Of a stretch of DNA of 40,669 bases, positions 10,823 through 23,936 are shown in pieces. The stretch lies in NCBI GenBank assembly GCA_032718475.1, contig JAUCBJ010002351.1:1-40669 (forward strand), given 5' to 3'. Under the pieces are notes generated by a model that was not told the origin of the DNA, ran no database searches, and saw only the letters and a list, made by a program, of their open reading frames with translations. Made by a program: the position numbers and the translations under genes. The DNA is from Nemertoderma westbladi. Lineage: Eukaryota > Animalia > Xenacoelomorpha. The first letter of the stretch is position 1; every line of letters begins with the position of its first letter.

Positions 10823-11238
10823 TTAATTTATTAATTATTAAATACTGTTTCAATTAAATTCTTTATGAAAATCTAGTCATCTTCTTTTAAATATGGACCC
10901 TGCATTCATGGAAAATATAATATTTGATAATTCATCAGTCAGCCTACGTTAATTTCACAGCAAAGTCCTTGTCATGGCCTGTGTGTAGTAGGCCATGGTA
11001 CCACCCTACTACCGGTACCGGCTGACCGCGTGACCAGTGGCAACTAGCACTTCAGCACTTGCACAGCAACAGCACTACCGGCGATACACAGGTTGAAATT
11101 TATGTAGAGTTTGCTCAACAGTACAGATATAAAATAGTTATCTAAATTATATATATTACTATTGACAAGTATTGAAATATATACCGTTATTCGTGTTATC
11201 AGTATTTGCAACATCTGACATTGAAGAGGTGAGAGAAG

Positions 11239-11580
11239 ATGAATACCGGCACTCAACAAAACCAACGCTTATCACAGGTCGGTATGGTTACCTCGAAACC
11301 GGCGCGACTGTCCACTCGAATACAACTTCAAAACACAAACGCCAACAATAAACTGAAAGCGAATCGAACGTCTTCAGAAGAATCTGTCATTGGGACGAAG
11401 AAAAGGAAGCCGAAACCACGGGAATGGACCACAGCTAAGATTGAATGCTCTCATTGTCAGAGTTCCTGGACCGAAATTGAAACACCAATTACCGATGGGC
11501 TTGATCTCTCAAACCAAAACTTCATCTGCGGGGTTTGCGCGGCAGTAAAGATTGAAAGTCTGGAAGCTAGCATCCCTAGG
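11239..11580 (+). pseudogene. Truncated LINE ORF1-like N-terminus (PHD/zinc-finger-like; CR1/L2-type)
   Basis: Basic patch, then IECSHCQSSW...FICGVC and a coiled-coil-like VKIESLEA; coding character stops abruptly near 11580. Confidence 0.5.
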
Positions 11581-12217
11581 TATTATTATTATAAAGAGCG
11601 TCAGCCTGCGTTTAATAAATATATTTTAATACAAAACAGGTCGAACGCAAAGAGGCTTATAATGAAGACGAGTACTGCATTGATTATATTCCTATAAACC
11701 ACCTGGCTTTGCATATTGAACGTGCGTTTGGAAATAAGTTCGTGCTACCCTTCCGTGGGTGGTAGATGTCGCGGTTATGTATTGGTGGGTGGGGGGAGGG
11801 GGGGGGGGGGGTGCAGATTAAAAGGGGTGAACACTTACTGTCCCCCTTTCTTTGATTAATTGGTGGTGTGGGTTAATCTCTCATAACCTGATTTTGTGAT
11901 ACAGTCGCACAATTTTAATTTGTATCTCATAACTGGGCCTCGTGCTGCGCGAAGGCCCCACGAACGTGTGTAATCCCGCATAGACCGAGGAGTCGCTTGT
12001 GACTTTTGGAGACATCCAATTGGTACCACTGAGCAAAGAAATTTGCAGAACCCCTAACTTCATCGAATTGACTGATATCGCGGATATATGTGAGCCAGTA
12101 TCTTCTACTCCAGATATCTTTAAAACTAAGCAAGATATGGGAAAACGGTTTCCATGTACTTGGTTCAGCATGAAATGAAATTCTTTTTACATTAATGCGC
12201 ATTAATTTACATTAAGG

Positions 12218-12649
12218 CTTAAGGTCCGATTATTTAGAGTAGCAGTAGTTCCAGTACTCCTTTATGGGAATCCATGCTGGGCTTAACTACTGAGGGCACC
12301 AAATCTCTGATTGGCACATTCACAAGAATGATACACCGGGTTCACTGTGTCAAGTACAATGCACACATCTCCAACCAGACAGTATATAACATTGGAGGTG
12401 ACTCTTTGGTTCCCCAAGCTTGACACTAGAGCAAAGCCGCCTCCGCTTTGCAGGACATTGCTTTTGCCGTGAGGACCAGCCAGTGCATAATCTTGTGCCA
12501 GTGCAGCCCATGACTTTCTTGAGACGCATCTTAAAGGACACTGGCCTTGAAGATGCGATGATATAGCAAATGTCATGGGTGATAGGGAGTTGTGGCGGCG
12601 CAATTTTGTTGACAAGCTGGCACAGCATTCTTAAAAATGCAGCTGCAAT
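12218..12649 (+). mobile_element. RTE-type LINE 3' fragment (decayed)
   Basis: High similarity to the reverse complement of 20865..21320 and to 22842..23130 (LRFAGHC.RREDQPVH motif; ends CAGCATTCTTAAAAATGCAGCTGCAAT). Confidence 0.85.
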
Positions 12650-13454
12650 CACTCGGACCCACACTTACCGCATATGCCTATTTATATGATGCACAGCACA
12701 CCATTTCATCCTACGACAAATTGTATAACTATCATACTATCATATTTATCTAAAGTATGTATGTATGTACCAATTCCACGCAGCCCAGACGGTGTGGTAG
12801 AATAAGTAGATTAGTTAGGGTTTATTAGAGTATTGAATAGTATGGGAAGTATAGATGGTGTAATGATATTCTTGATTCCGTTTAGTATACCAATTTAGTA
12901 CTTATTTTTATACGTACTGTATGTAATCACATTGGTGGTTTTTCCATGTTAAGTGTTCGTCAATGTGAATGCCACGAAATTTTATAACCTATTGTAGAAA
13001 TCGAAAATCGAAACCTAAAACCTAAAATCGAAAAATTTTAACGACAACGTCTGATGTTTTGTTTGTACGTAGATTTCACTACTCTACTGAAAAAAAATTT
13101 CGAAAAAATGTACTTGGGTTGTTATTTTGCAGCACCAAAATTACAAGTAGTGAATAATTTTATATAAAATTTATTAAAATATTAAGGTTCCAATTTTCGG
13201 CTAACTGTTTTTTAATAGAGATTTTCAAAGGCGCAAAATCCATTGGAAAATATTTAAAAAGGATCTGATTACTATAAATGGCTGATGAAAAAAACAAGTA
13301 GCCAGCACTTTTTAGTTTGAACATAAAATTTATAAATTCACTTATACGATGCTATAAATTCACATTTTCGGGTTTTGTGGGGCGCTGATTCTAATGAAAT
13401 ACATTTATAATTTACCAGATGATTGCTAGTCGTTTTTTTCGGCGTAATATGGCA

Positions 13455-15111
13455 AATTTTGGTACCAGTACCAAATTTCGTACCCATCACCAAAAAGTTC
13501 AAGTTTGTAAGCGGATTCAATCCCTGTACTACCCAGCGCAAAATGGGTAAAGTGGCTTTTTACCAATTATATTTGGGAAGGTGACATTACTAATATAATG
13601 TCACCTAATAACCAACTTATGCAATACACATTGCCAGCCACGAACAGAGTTGAGAGGCCATAAGCCATCTCAGGGGACAAAGGGGCCAGCAATTGGGGAT
13701 AGTGGCAACAGGGAGTGGCGAGATGGAGATTAATTAGGTTAGCCAATGATGGAATGGGAAAACAGGTGATTGGAACGCACCCATTGGCCAGGCCACTTAG
13801 AACAGTAGGAGTAACTAATATGTGTTAGTAATATAACCGTTGTACTTATTGATTCTGATTCAGTTGGTATCTGTAGAGTTATGAGACCGGAACGGTTTTT
13901 AACCGTCGTCATTACCATGCTATTATATTCTGACTGTGCTATTATTACTATCTGACATTACAACAACTGGCACTAAAAACTCAGTTATTCAAACGGCCTT
14001 CGGCCTTAACATTCAGACTACAGCCTTTCAGCAGCCTACGGACGTGGCGACGCGTATAGCCCAAAACAACACACCGGTCGGGGTTCAGACGCCAACTCCT
14101 GAATCCCGTCACAAAGTTTGAGATATCCAGTGCTGTTTTTATTGATTCCATCGGATTCAGGACCTTCTTAAACCCATATGACGCAAGAAAAAAGATGATA
14201 CTATCTCTTGATCAATTTGCTTATTTTCAAAAATTTGGTGCTGGCACCACAATTTTCACCCACCGGCGAAAAATACAAGTTTGAAAACTCTTATGCAATT
14301 TTTACTTATTCCATTGAATTCAGAACCCTCACAATCCCGTATAACGCAAGAAACAAGGTGACACAATCAATTGATATATTTGGTGGTTTTCAAAATATGG
14401 AGCTAGCACCAAATTTTGCACCTACTTCAGAAAAATACACGTTTGAGAAATGAGAAGTCTAGTTGGATAATTATTTTCTCTAATAAATTCGCAACCGCAA
14501 TAAACCTTTAAAACGTGAGAAATAAGTTATCACAAGCAATTGAACTATTGAATGGATTTTAAAATTTTCGTGCTGGCACCAAATTTTACACAAAGCACAG
14601 AAAAATACAAGTTTGATATGCCTGGTGCAACTCGTATATATTCCATCGAAACCAAAACCCTAAAAAACCCCCACTCCGCAAAAAAACAGGTTCAAACAAT
14701 CCATTTACAAAATTGACATATTTCAGAATTAGGTGCTGGTACCAAAATTTGGCACCGCCGAAAAATACAAGACTGAAATTTCGAAATTAATTTATATGAA
14801 TTCCATCTAATTGCAAACACCAAAAACGGTGTAAATCAAAAATAGAGATGTTACAAATCATATTTCATGAAATGTAAATTTCAAAAAAACGTCTCAAAAA
14901 AGTGCCAAAAGTTGGGTTAAAAAATGTTGCTATAACTCGAAAACTTCCCAATATTTTTGAAAACCGTTTCAACCATTACGAAGACAATAGATTGTTAGGA
15001 AAAGTCATAAAACTTCAGATTCTCAACTGCGCATCTTTCAGAGTTATAACAAAAAAAAACACGGGTGTTCATATTGACCACCCCCCCACACCCTGGGTTT
15101 AATAGGGTTAA
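13455..15111. repeat. Diverged tandem array (period about 165 bp) in a probable DNA-transposon remnant ending in a piggyBac-like AGGG-TTAA
   Basis: GTGCTGGCACCA.A.TTT...GAAAAATACAAG near 14237, 14399, 14569 and 14732, with a further copy near 13460; AGGGTTAA at 15104-15111. No matching left end found. Confidence 0.55.
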
Positions 15112-15589
15112 GGGTGTTGCGTCCAGCAATAGGCCTACCCATAATACACTTAACCTTAGAGTGGAACCTTTATATAGAACAAAATAATTTATCATAGTTT
15201 CGGTCATGCTAATTATTTTACACGGCATTTATAGTCCCGAAATCTCTATTTGAGATCAGGAATACATATTGTTTGATCTCTCTAGTATCAATTGGCTATT
15301 TTCATAATACTCTGGAAAGAACCTAATGTAGTTAAACTTCTAAAAGAGCTGATTGTTTTTTCTTCGTAGATACAATTTAGTTAGAAAGTCAATAATATAC
15401 GTAATGACTTTTAGACAGCAATGTAATTATAGGACGCACGTAACATAATTGTAATCAGCAGATAAATAGCCAGAAAAGTTGGCATACTGTTGGAGGTTAC
15501 TTTGTGTTAATATATTTGAATTGAATTTGTAATTGGATTTAATTTGATGTGTGGGTCTCTGTTGAACCATAATAAATAAATCTTTGATA

Positions 15590-15870
15590 AAATTGATTTA
15601 TTTACCTATCAGCATAAGTCAAATAGACTTAATCAAGCAAACAGTCGGCCGAGGCCGGAGGCGACACAAAGGTTCCTATTTAGATAGCAGCTACCCGAGG
15701 GTAGGAGTGGGCCCTACTCCTATCCCAAGATTTGCTCTCAGTAATTTAACTAGTACTCATTTTATCGACCCCAGTGGATGAAAGGCTGAGTGGACCCTGG
15801 CGGGGCTGAACCTACAACCAATAGATTGCAGGTCGAGATCAGAGCATGCCTGAGCAAGACGAGGCGGTAG
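15590..15870 (-). mobile_element. SINE with a Deu/Nin-type central domain
   Basis: Minus strand GTCCACTCAGCCTTTCATCCACTGGGGTCGATAAAATGAGTAC resembles the DeuSINE/Nin core as I recall it, preceded by a degenerate B-box GGTTCAGCCC. Ends approximate. Confidence 0.6.
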
Positions 15871-18036
15871 ATATTTTTATTTGCTAAGAGCACACATGAA
15901 TGGTTGAGGGATTCATATTACATATTGAAACATATTGAGGGATTCTGAGCTATTCAGACCCGACGGTTCTACTCGTTATCTACTCGGTATCTACTACAAC
16001 AGACTACAGTAGTATTTTCCTAAGAGTGGGTTTTGAACCCGTCCAACTATGAGTAGACGGTAAATCGTCTGATTTTAAGCCATAATTGAAGTAATTTTAT
16101 TTATCTCATTAATGGACCCGGTAGAACATAAAGTTTAGAGACATTACACCTTGATACATTTTTAGATATTATAAAATTAATATTTCAAACTCTTCACCTT
16201 TATCAAAACACAATATCTCACACACAGTACATTACAATAGGTTTGATTGAACTGGTAAATAAATTCAAAGAACAATCAAGCGACACAACATGCGGGGAAA
16301 TTTCACAAAATATTTCAACAATAAAAATTATGCTTTATTGACTCATAGAATAGTAGATAAATATGTATATATTATCACTGTAGGGGAAACTGCACCGTGG
16401 TTGTTCGGCCAATTCTACCAAAAACAATTACTCCAACTATAATGAAAAACACAATAATAACATACACATCAGACAGTCTGCTTATGTAATGTATTTCATT
16501 TCTATTTATTTTTCAAAATTTAATTAAATTTCTTCAAAATGCAGTGCAATTATTTATAACGTGATTTTATTTTTGTCTATAACTACAGTAAAACCGGTAA
16601 CAATGACTCCATTCTATTGTGAATACCGCGATACATTTCTTATAATAGATTCCCTGTACTATATTGATTAATGTAAGGTTGACTAACTGTTTTCAAATAC
16701 TACTTTATTATCGTTAAAAGAGTAACAAAAATATATTTATTGTGCCAATTGCTAGTGCTAGTGCTAGCCCTCCAAAGTCGTAGATAAATATACAGTACTA
16801 AAAGAAACAGTGCGAAACATTGACACCTCCATCAATTATAAAAGTTTCGGACAAGTTACATGTTACAATAACTATATTTACCACAAGTGTTATAATATAA
16901 AACTTAAGATTAACAATCCAAACTTTAAAGAAATGGAGATGAGAATTGTAATCTTATAAAATAATAGATTACTAAAGTCCATTTTTTTTAATTAGGCACC
17001 AGCTTAATTTTGGCCATAACCAGTAGGGAGCTGGTTGATCGTAGGGAGCTGGTTTTGGGCTCATTCTGTTCGGGATAAAACGATTTTATTCAAATCCACT
17101 TCCACTTACAATTTTATAATCTTATTATATTTTATCATTCAAAAACGTTGTGAAAAAAATATATCATTTCTTCATATTATCTTATTCAAAATTATGATTC
17201 AGCATTCGATATTTTGCACTCTAATAGAGATATAATTTCTGGTTTCAAAAATATAGGGGTTTATTTAGCGGCATTGCAATAATTATGTCTCAAATGTATC
17301 CAAATCGTTGTTTTCTGTAATTAATGATGTAATGTAAATGGTTTTTGTTCAGAAAAGGAAAAATGAGAAAGCGCGTCTATTTCTACTACTACTGCGATCG
17401 GCATGCTGCATTGCAGCTGCATTATATATATATTACATACTGTACAGTCCCTATCTCATTCTGAATATTATTTCTCAAACTGGGTATCATTTCTCAAACC
17501 TTTTACTAATGATAGTCAACGGAGAATTTTAGTAGGTAAGACTGGGGTAAGAGTTGAGAAATCAGAAAGATGCAGCCAGCTCAATCTAACTCAAACTAGA
17601 GTCTGGCGCCATGGTTTGAGTTAGGTTGACTTCCAACTGTGCCATTTCTAAGCATTCTAAGCATTACTCTTCCTGCACGGGATGGATAATTACTCTGGTT
17701 GAGTGAGGCACCACCACATGGGGAAGGGGCCTCTGTCTGTTGCTTGGGCTCTTGAGTTAATGGGTTGAATTACATAAGCTGGGCAGGCCGGCTTGCATGT
17801 GTCTCATAAAAGACATGTCAATCACGCAGTTCCTTTGTGGGCTCTACTAAATGTATGTTGTTAACTAAACCACACTGGCTCGGTCTGTTTTTAGAGAAGT
17901 TTTAATTCTGGGAATATTGTTGTGGGAAATTGGTGCTCTGTTGTCTGTCTGTTTGATGTCAATTGGTGCCTTACAAGACATATCAGTTTAAAAATCTAAT
18001 GGTTAAATAAGAATTATTAGTGCATATGGGACCTCG

Positions 18037-20165
18037 GATTCCCCGTACTTAGTTCCAATTTAAGCTTCATGCGAATTTAGTTCCAATGGAAGCGAATTTA
18101 GTTCCAATTTAGGCGAACTTAGTTCCAATAACTGGAGAAAAACGAAAACTAATTTAGTTCCAATGGATGCGAATTTAGTTCCAATGGATGTGAATTTAGC
18201 TCCAATGGATGCGAACTTAGTTCCAATGCATGCGAATTTAGTTCCAATGGATGCGAATTTAGTTCCAATGGAAGCGAATTTAGTTCCAAAGAGGCGAGCC
18301 ACGTAGTTGGCGAAGAATCTGTTTAATGACACTATTAAGAGGCTGGTTAAACAATAATTGTAAATAACTAACCCAAAACGCCCAACGGTATACAGACGTT
18401 TCGGCCTAGGACGTTTCGGTCCAGGACGTTTCGGCCTGGACATTTCGGCCCGGACGATTCGGTCCGGACGTTTCGGCCCATGACGGTAACCGAATGAAAA
18501 GGCCAACTTGTTTGATATGATAATAATTATTCATTAAAATTATAATTATTTCACAATAACATACAAACACTTAATAAAATATCTTTCATGAAATGGCTAT
18601 TTAATTTACTTTTATTTCAAAATAAAATAAACATTAGGGAAGTGGTGCTCTGGTTCCATAGACAATTCGCCATCAATTATGTTATGCGGCCGAAAAAATG
18701 CAAGTCAGAACAAAACTTTTGGTCTCGAGTGCCACATTGCTAATATACAGTACTACTAAAGTGAATCAATTTCAAGAACCATTTAGGGCTTAAATCTCGT
18801 CTGATCGATATATTTTGGAGATACTTCATTAACTTTAAACATTACTCAATTGATAATTCTTGTAGCTGGACAGTGTATTGCAGCTATGTCTTAATGATCT
18901 GCTGAAACAATAACTATCATCTTCGATGATAGATGATTTATACCCGTCGATTTATACGCATACATTTCATCTAAATTTAAATTTAATACGCATATATTTT
19001 ATCTCATTCCATATGACATCCAGTCTGTCTCATAATTATTAGCAATGCCCCTTTAATGGAATATTTCTTATCTATTATATTTTTAAGACCAACATTAAAA
19101 TACAGTAATTTTAATTCGGTGTATTTTAATGTACTTTATTTATTGACTCACATTTTAAAATACGTATGTTTTTTTTATGGGGGAAAGCCCATCATCATAA
19201 CTCTAAAGTTAATTTGTCAGCATGTTATCTTTGTTCTAAGTTACAGTATGGTGTAAATTTATATTAATAAATAATAAGTTATTATTTATATATATAAGAA
19301 CTTCGATCTTGACGACTTTCAAACAGGTGTCGGAGCAGTTCCTACTGACAACTCCTCTTGTAACGAACGTAACAACTACAAAACAAATATATTGAATAAC
19401 TTATTATTAATAGCTTATTTAAGGGAGTAAATTTAATCTTTGGGCCAAAACGTCCGACAAGCAAATCTTGTATTTCATTCATTGGGCCGAAACGTCCTAG
19501 GCCAAAACGTCTTAGACCGAAACGTCTGTTACCCACGCCCAACCTCCTAACGAAAACAATCTTATCCCAAACAACGCCCAAGCTCATAACCAAAACTACG
19601 CCCAACCTCCTAACCCAAACAACGCCCATCCACCTAAACCGAAACAACTAGTAAATATTGTATTTGTTGTGATAAATGGCACAATGTGCATGACTTGAGT
19701 ATATAATACTACAGACTCAGTCAGTCAGTATCAGTACACTCGTCATTAATATATAATTCAAAATGTGTAATTATACATTTAATAATAATTCGTTTTTTAA
19801 AAATGACGGAACGGTTTTACAATTATTTACAATTATTGTTGACCCTGACCCACCCCAAATATTGACAATACGCAATATGCTTCGCCTACTACGTAGCTAT
19901 CCCCACGATTGAAACTTTGAAACTAAGTTCGTACCCATTGGAACTAAATTCGCTTCCATTGGAACTAACTTCGTATGCATTGGAACTAAATTCGCATGTC
20001 GCATCCATTGGAACTAAGTTCGTTTTGATATTCTGGGATTGAAACTAAGTTCGCCTCGATTGGAACTAAGTTCGCTTTGTAAAATTTATTTTGGAACTAA
20101 ATTCGTTTCAATTGGAACTAAGTTCGCCTTTGAAAATGTGCGATTGGAACTAAGTTTGTGCTACC
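18037..20165. mobile_element. Foldback/Mutator-like non-autonomous element with 21-bp subterminal tandem repeats
   Basis: 9-bp TSD GGGACCTCG (18028-36, 20166-74); GCGAATTTAGTTCCAATGGAT array at about 18048-18290, inverted at about 19910-20155. Confidence 0.85.
18387..19534. mobile_element. Mutator-like non-autonomous element with GACGTTTCGGCC subterminal repeats
   Basis: 9-bp TSD ACGCCCAAC (18378-86, 19535-43); ends GGTATACAGACGTTTCGG...CCGAAACGTCTGTTACCC. Confidence 0.9.
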
Positions 20166-20864
20166 GGGACCTCGCAACACCCACCCCCCCCCCCCCCCCC
20201 CTCCCATAAACATGGCCCTGTCTATAATTACAGAGGTTTCATCTGGTCCCTTTGCCCGGTATACCCACACCCGGATGTATTGCGAATAATTGTGTTGACG
20301 ATGTAATAGAGAATTAAACATTAGTAAAACATTAGTAAAACATTAAAGTTAAACATTAGAAACATTAGCGAAATATACGCGACATTAAATTAAATTTATA
20401 AAATTGGTTGGTTATATTATATGGTTATATTTTAATGTAAAATAACGTTAATATGTTATGAGTCATACATACTTAATAAATGTAATAAAAAATTAATAAA
20501 TCTTCAGTTTATTAATTTAGCATATAATTTTTTTATTCTGAAATTTAAAAATAAATTGAGTCACTGAGTCTACAACTTAATTCTCACTATCTACTGGAGT
20601 TAATTACACACAAACAAATCAAGTTTAGGGAATGTTATAACAGCAGGAGACCATCAAACCCGTAGGCAGAGTATAACAGAAGCGAGTGGGCCATTAAACA
20701 CAGACAGCTTGTTGTATGACTGTTACACAGTGCACAGTGGGTGGTTACGCGAGTTTGAGTTGGGTTTGAGTAAACCAGACAGGTTTGAGTTAGTAAGAGT
20801 GAGGTAAGAGAATAGGTACCCAGTTTGAGAAACGGTGTCTAGAATGAGATAGGGACTGTATGTA

Positions 20865-21858
20865 TTAAGAATGCTGTGCCGGCACAAATTTGCACCGCCA
20901 CAACTCACTATCACCCATGACATTTGCTAGATCATCCGCATCTCCAAGGCCAGTGTCCTTTTTAAGATGCGTCTCAAGAAAGTCATGGGCTGTACAGTCC
21001 AGATCCACTAGGCTTATTCACTCCATGAGGCCGCCAAAGCACAAGATTATGCACTGGCTGGTCCTCACGGCGAAAGCAATGTTCTGAAAATCGGAGGCGA
21101 CTTTGTTCTAGTGTCAAGCTTGAGGGAACCAATGAGACACCTCCAATGTTATATAGTGTTTGGTTGACGAAGTGTGCATTGTACTTGACACAATGAACCC
21201 GACGTAGCATTCTTGTGAATGTGCCATCCAGAGAATTGGTGTCCTCAGCAGTTAGAGCCCAGCATGGACTCCCGTAGAGGAGTACTGGAACTACTGCTGC
21301 TCTAAATAATCGGACCTTAAGTTTCCGATTAATTCTCGGTGAATTCCCAATCCTGGAAAGCCTATTCAAGGCTGCCCATGCCTTTCCCTTACGAATTCGA
21401 AGGTCCTCACCTGACTTCCGAATCCATGATCCTAGGTAACAGAAGTCGTCCACATGCTCAACCATACCATCCTTTGCGCTTATTATGCTCATCCGGTCAG
21501 AGACTTGCTGAGGACTTTCAAAGTTAACTGTGAAAATTGTGTTCTTTTTGGAGTTAACAAAAAGACCAACACTAGAAGCAGCCTGTTCTAATGAACTGAG
21601 GAGCCGTTGGGCTCCCTCTAGTGATTCTGAGAGTACTCCTAAGTCATCAGCAAAGTCTAGATCAGTTAGGTACTTGGCAGGATTTCCTCGACTTCTGGAG
21701 CCAGTAGGTGGAGTTATCATCACCCCATCATCATTATGATGATCTAGATCCAAGGACATGCGTAGAACATAGTCAACCACAATTATGAACGAGAATGGCG
21801 CAAGTGTGTTTCCTTGGAGGACGCCCCATAACACTTCAAATGGTTCTGTATCACCGTT
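20865..21858 (-). pseudogene. RTE-clade reverse transcriptase, C-terminal half
   Basis: GVLQGNTLAPF.FIIVVD, LDFADD, FCYLGS, LLYG..CW, LRF..HC motifs; frameshift near the 3' end. Confidence 0.9.
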
Positions 21859-21884
21859 AAGCACGTCAACGGGGATTGAACCAC

Positions 21885-21926
21885 CGCTATACGTACGTTT
21901 CGGCCTATCAGGCCTCATCAGTAGCG
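21885..21926 (-). ncRNA. Type I minimal hammerhead ribozyme
   Basis: Minus strand CGCTA-CTGATGA-GGCC-TGATA-GGCC-GAAA-CGTACG-TA-TAGCG: full core, stem I CGCTA/TAGCG, 4-bp stem II, palindromic short stem III, GUA cleavage triplet. Confidence 0.88.
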
Positions 21927-22841
21927 CTGTCCAGTTCAGCCACTTGCCCCTTACATTCACTCTCTAATCCACTTCCAGGCAATCTTAAGTTGCATATATA
22001 TTTTCTGTAATAATCATCGGATCGTGTAATGTTAAATAAACGAATTTCCTTTCAACAATTTAAATATGGTGGAAAGTTTCCATAGCAACAGACACTCTTT
22101 ACTGCCTCTTAGGCTACATTCTGTGGGATGTTTGAACATAAACATACGTTAGATAGAGATCCGCGCAGTTGTAAATAGTTCTATGGCTGTAAATAATCTA
22201 TGCCAAGTTATCAAAATAGCATTAAAAACAAGAAAACAAATTATAAATTGTAATAATATCCTTTAATCTATTCAATATTATATACTACATCAATAATAAA
22301 AAACTATTTCCAACCACAATAGACCTTCTGCAACCACAAATGCAATATGTTTCCATTGAAACATTAACAATAAATATATGATGTAGGCCTACTTAATATC
22401 ATCACGTCATATTAAACTTTTAAACGTTTTCACATTGGGAAAAGGTGTATTTTATTTCACAGCATTTTTGAATGAGAAAAAATAACAAAATTATCAAATT
22501 AAAATTGAATTTGAATGAAATCATTATATTCCGAACAGAATGAGCCCAAAACCAGCAACCTACGATTTAAACTCGCGAAGTTATGGCCAAAAAGAAGCTG
22601 CTGCCTAATTTAAGAATATAGACTTTAGTTGGAGTGCTAATAATAATAAAAATAAACATACTGTAGTTATAAAGTTAAACAATAATTTTTCTTCCTCGAG
22701 TTGTATAGTGTATGATGGAATTGTTTTAGTTTATTGTAGTAGCGACAGAATACTTAAAGGTTTGCATAGGCCTACTTGTACTAGTAATTCCTCTAAGTCA
22801 CTAACATATTGTTTCAACATATCTGTGCTGATTATCTGTGC

Positions 22842-23164
22842 TGGAGGTGTCTCATTGGTTCCCCCAAGCTTGACACTAGAACAAAATCGCCTCCGCTTTG
22901 CAGGACATTGCTTTCGCCGTGAGGACCAGCCAGTGCATAATCTTGTACTTTGGCAGCCTCATGGAGTGAATAAGCATGGTGGACAGCCCATGACTTTCTT
23001 GAGACGCATCTTAAAGGACACTGGCCTTGAAGATGCGGATGATCTAGCAAATGTCATGGGTGATAGGGAGTTGTGGCGGTGCAATTTTGTTGACAAGCCG
23101 GCACAGCATTCTTAAAAATGCAGCTGCAATGCAGCATGCCGATCCTAGTAGTAGTAGTAGTAGT
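22842..23164 (+). mobile_element. RTE-type LINE 3' end with (TAG)n tail
   Basis: Same family as the copies at 12218 and 20865; RLRFAGHCFRREDQPVHNLVLWQP...DRELWR; TAGTAG tail. Confidence 0.9.
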
Positions 23165-23716
23165 GCTGATTACTGCGGCCTATGCTTAGCTACGATATGT
23201 AGGGTAGCCTACAGTACCGTTGCGGTAGCAGCGGTACAGTACAATGGAATAGAGCAGTTGATAATGAATTATAATAATAAGTGGATATTGTCGGTGGATA
23301 TTGTATAGTTCCAGGATCAATATCACTCAATTAAATTAAAAAAATTCAAAAGGAAAAAGATTAACGGTGTCATTGTCATAGGGCAATCATTTCTGACGTA
23401 CCGGAATAGTGATTATCTATAGCACGATTATATGGCTTGGCTACCCACGACATGTTCTAACGAAGGCAATATTTTCTACGTATATTGGACTCACGAGAAA
23501 TATATTATCAATAAGTAATTTCGAACATCAACAGATTTCAATTTCAAACAAGATTTATTGACACGTAAAACTAAATGAACACAAGTCATAAAATAATAAC
23601 GCGTTTTGAATTTAGAAAATAATCTAAACTAGACAGGAAAGAACCCGTATTTCTCAAATTACTACTTGTTATTATTTTGTCTTTCGGTGTGTTCCAAGAA
23701 AAAATTATGTAATATT

Positions 23717-23936
23717 GGGGTGTATACGCTACGCCGACAACCGACAACCAACGCCGACAACCATTATTAAAGCTAATTAATGTTATTTATTGATTGAGGG
23801 AAAGGAACATGTTACAGTGGAAGGTTATTCTAACCAAAACAATAAACGAGAGTCACGAACTCAGGTTACATTTTCATATTAGCTGTTGTCGGCAGTGGTT
23901 GTCGGCTGTCGGTTGTAGGCGTAGCGTTTACACCCA
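23717..23936. mobile_element. MITE of about 220 bp
   Basis: TIRs GGGTGTATACGCTACGCCGACAACCGACA / TGTCGGTTGTAGGCGTAGCGTTTACACCC; TAATATTG repeated on both flanks. Confidence 0.8.

Larger units (their letters stand above)
17445..20858. mobile_element. Non-autonomous TA-targeting (Tc1/mariner-type) DNA element
   Basis: TIR CAGTCCCTATCTCATTCT...TTTCTCAAACTGGGTA with an inverted copy ending at 20858; TA on both sides (17443-44, 20859-60); it splits the RTE 3' end. Confidence 0.85.
17380..21858 (-). mobile_element. 5'-truncated RTE-type LINE split by later insertions
   Basis: RT at 20865..21858; its 3' UTR (ATGCAGCTGCAATGCAGCATGCCGATC) and (TAG)n tail are at 17383..17422, as in the copy ending at 23164. 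Probable TSD AAGC(G/A)CGTC at 17369-17377 and 21859-21867. Confidence 0.8.
16971..22629. mobile_element. Old DNA element with diverged TIRs of about 200 bp (outermost layer of the nest)
   Basis: 16971..17170 is an inverted copy of 22435..22629 (e.g. TTTGGCCATAAC, GCTGGTTTTGGGCTCATTCTGTTCGG). No TSD seen. Confidence 0.75.

Noticed and set aside
11881-12202. Overlapping short ORFs in moderately GC-rich sequence
   Set aside because: No recognisable motif in any frame I read.
13995-14045. Degenerate hammerhead-like CTGCTGA...GAAT on the minus strand
   Set aside because: Two core mismatches and no convincing stem I or III.
18060-18506. 148-aa ORF with repeated GTKFASI and RPKRP
   Set aside because: It is the translation of the 21-bp and 14-15-bp subterminal repeats of two DNA elements, not a gene.
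18048-20155. Regular short repeats resembling a CRISPR array
   Set aside because: No unique spacers, arrays mirrored as inverted termini, eukaryotic context and no cas genes.
21859-21960. N-terminal 34 aa of the called RT ORF
   Set aside because: It lies outside the probable TSD and reads through a hammerhead; chance open frame.
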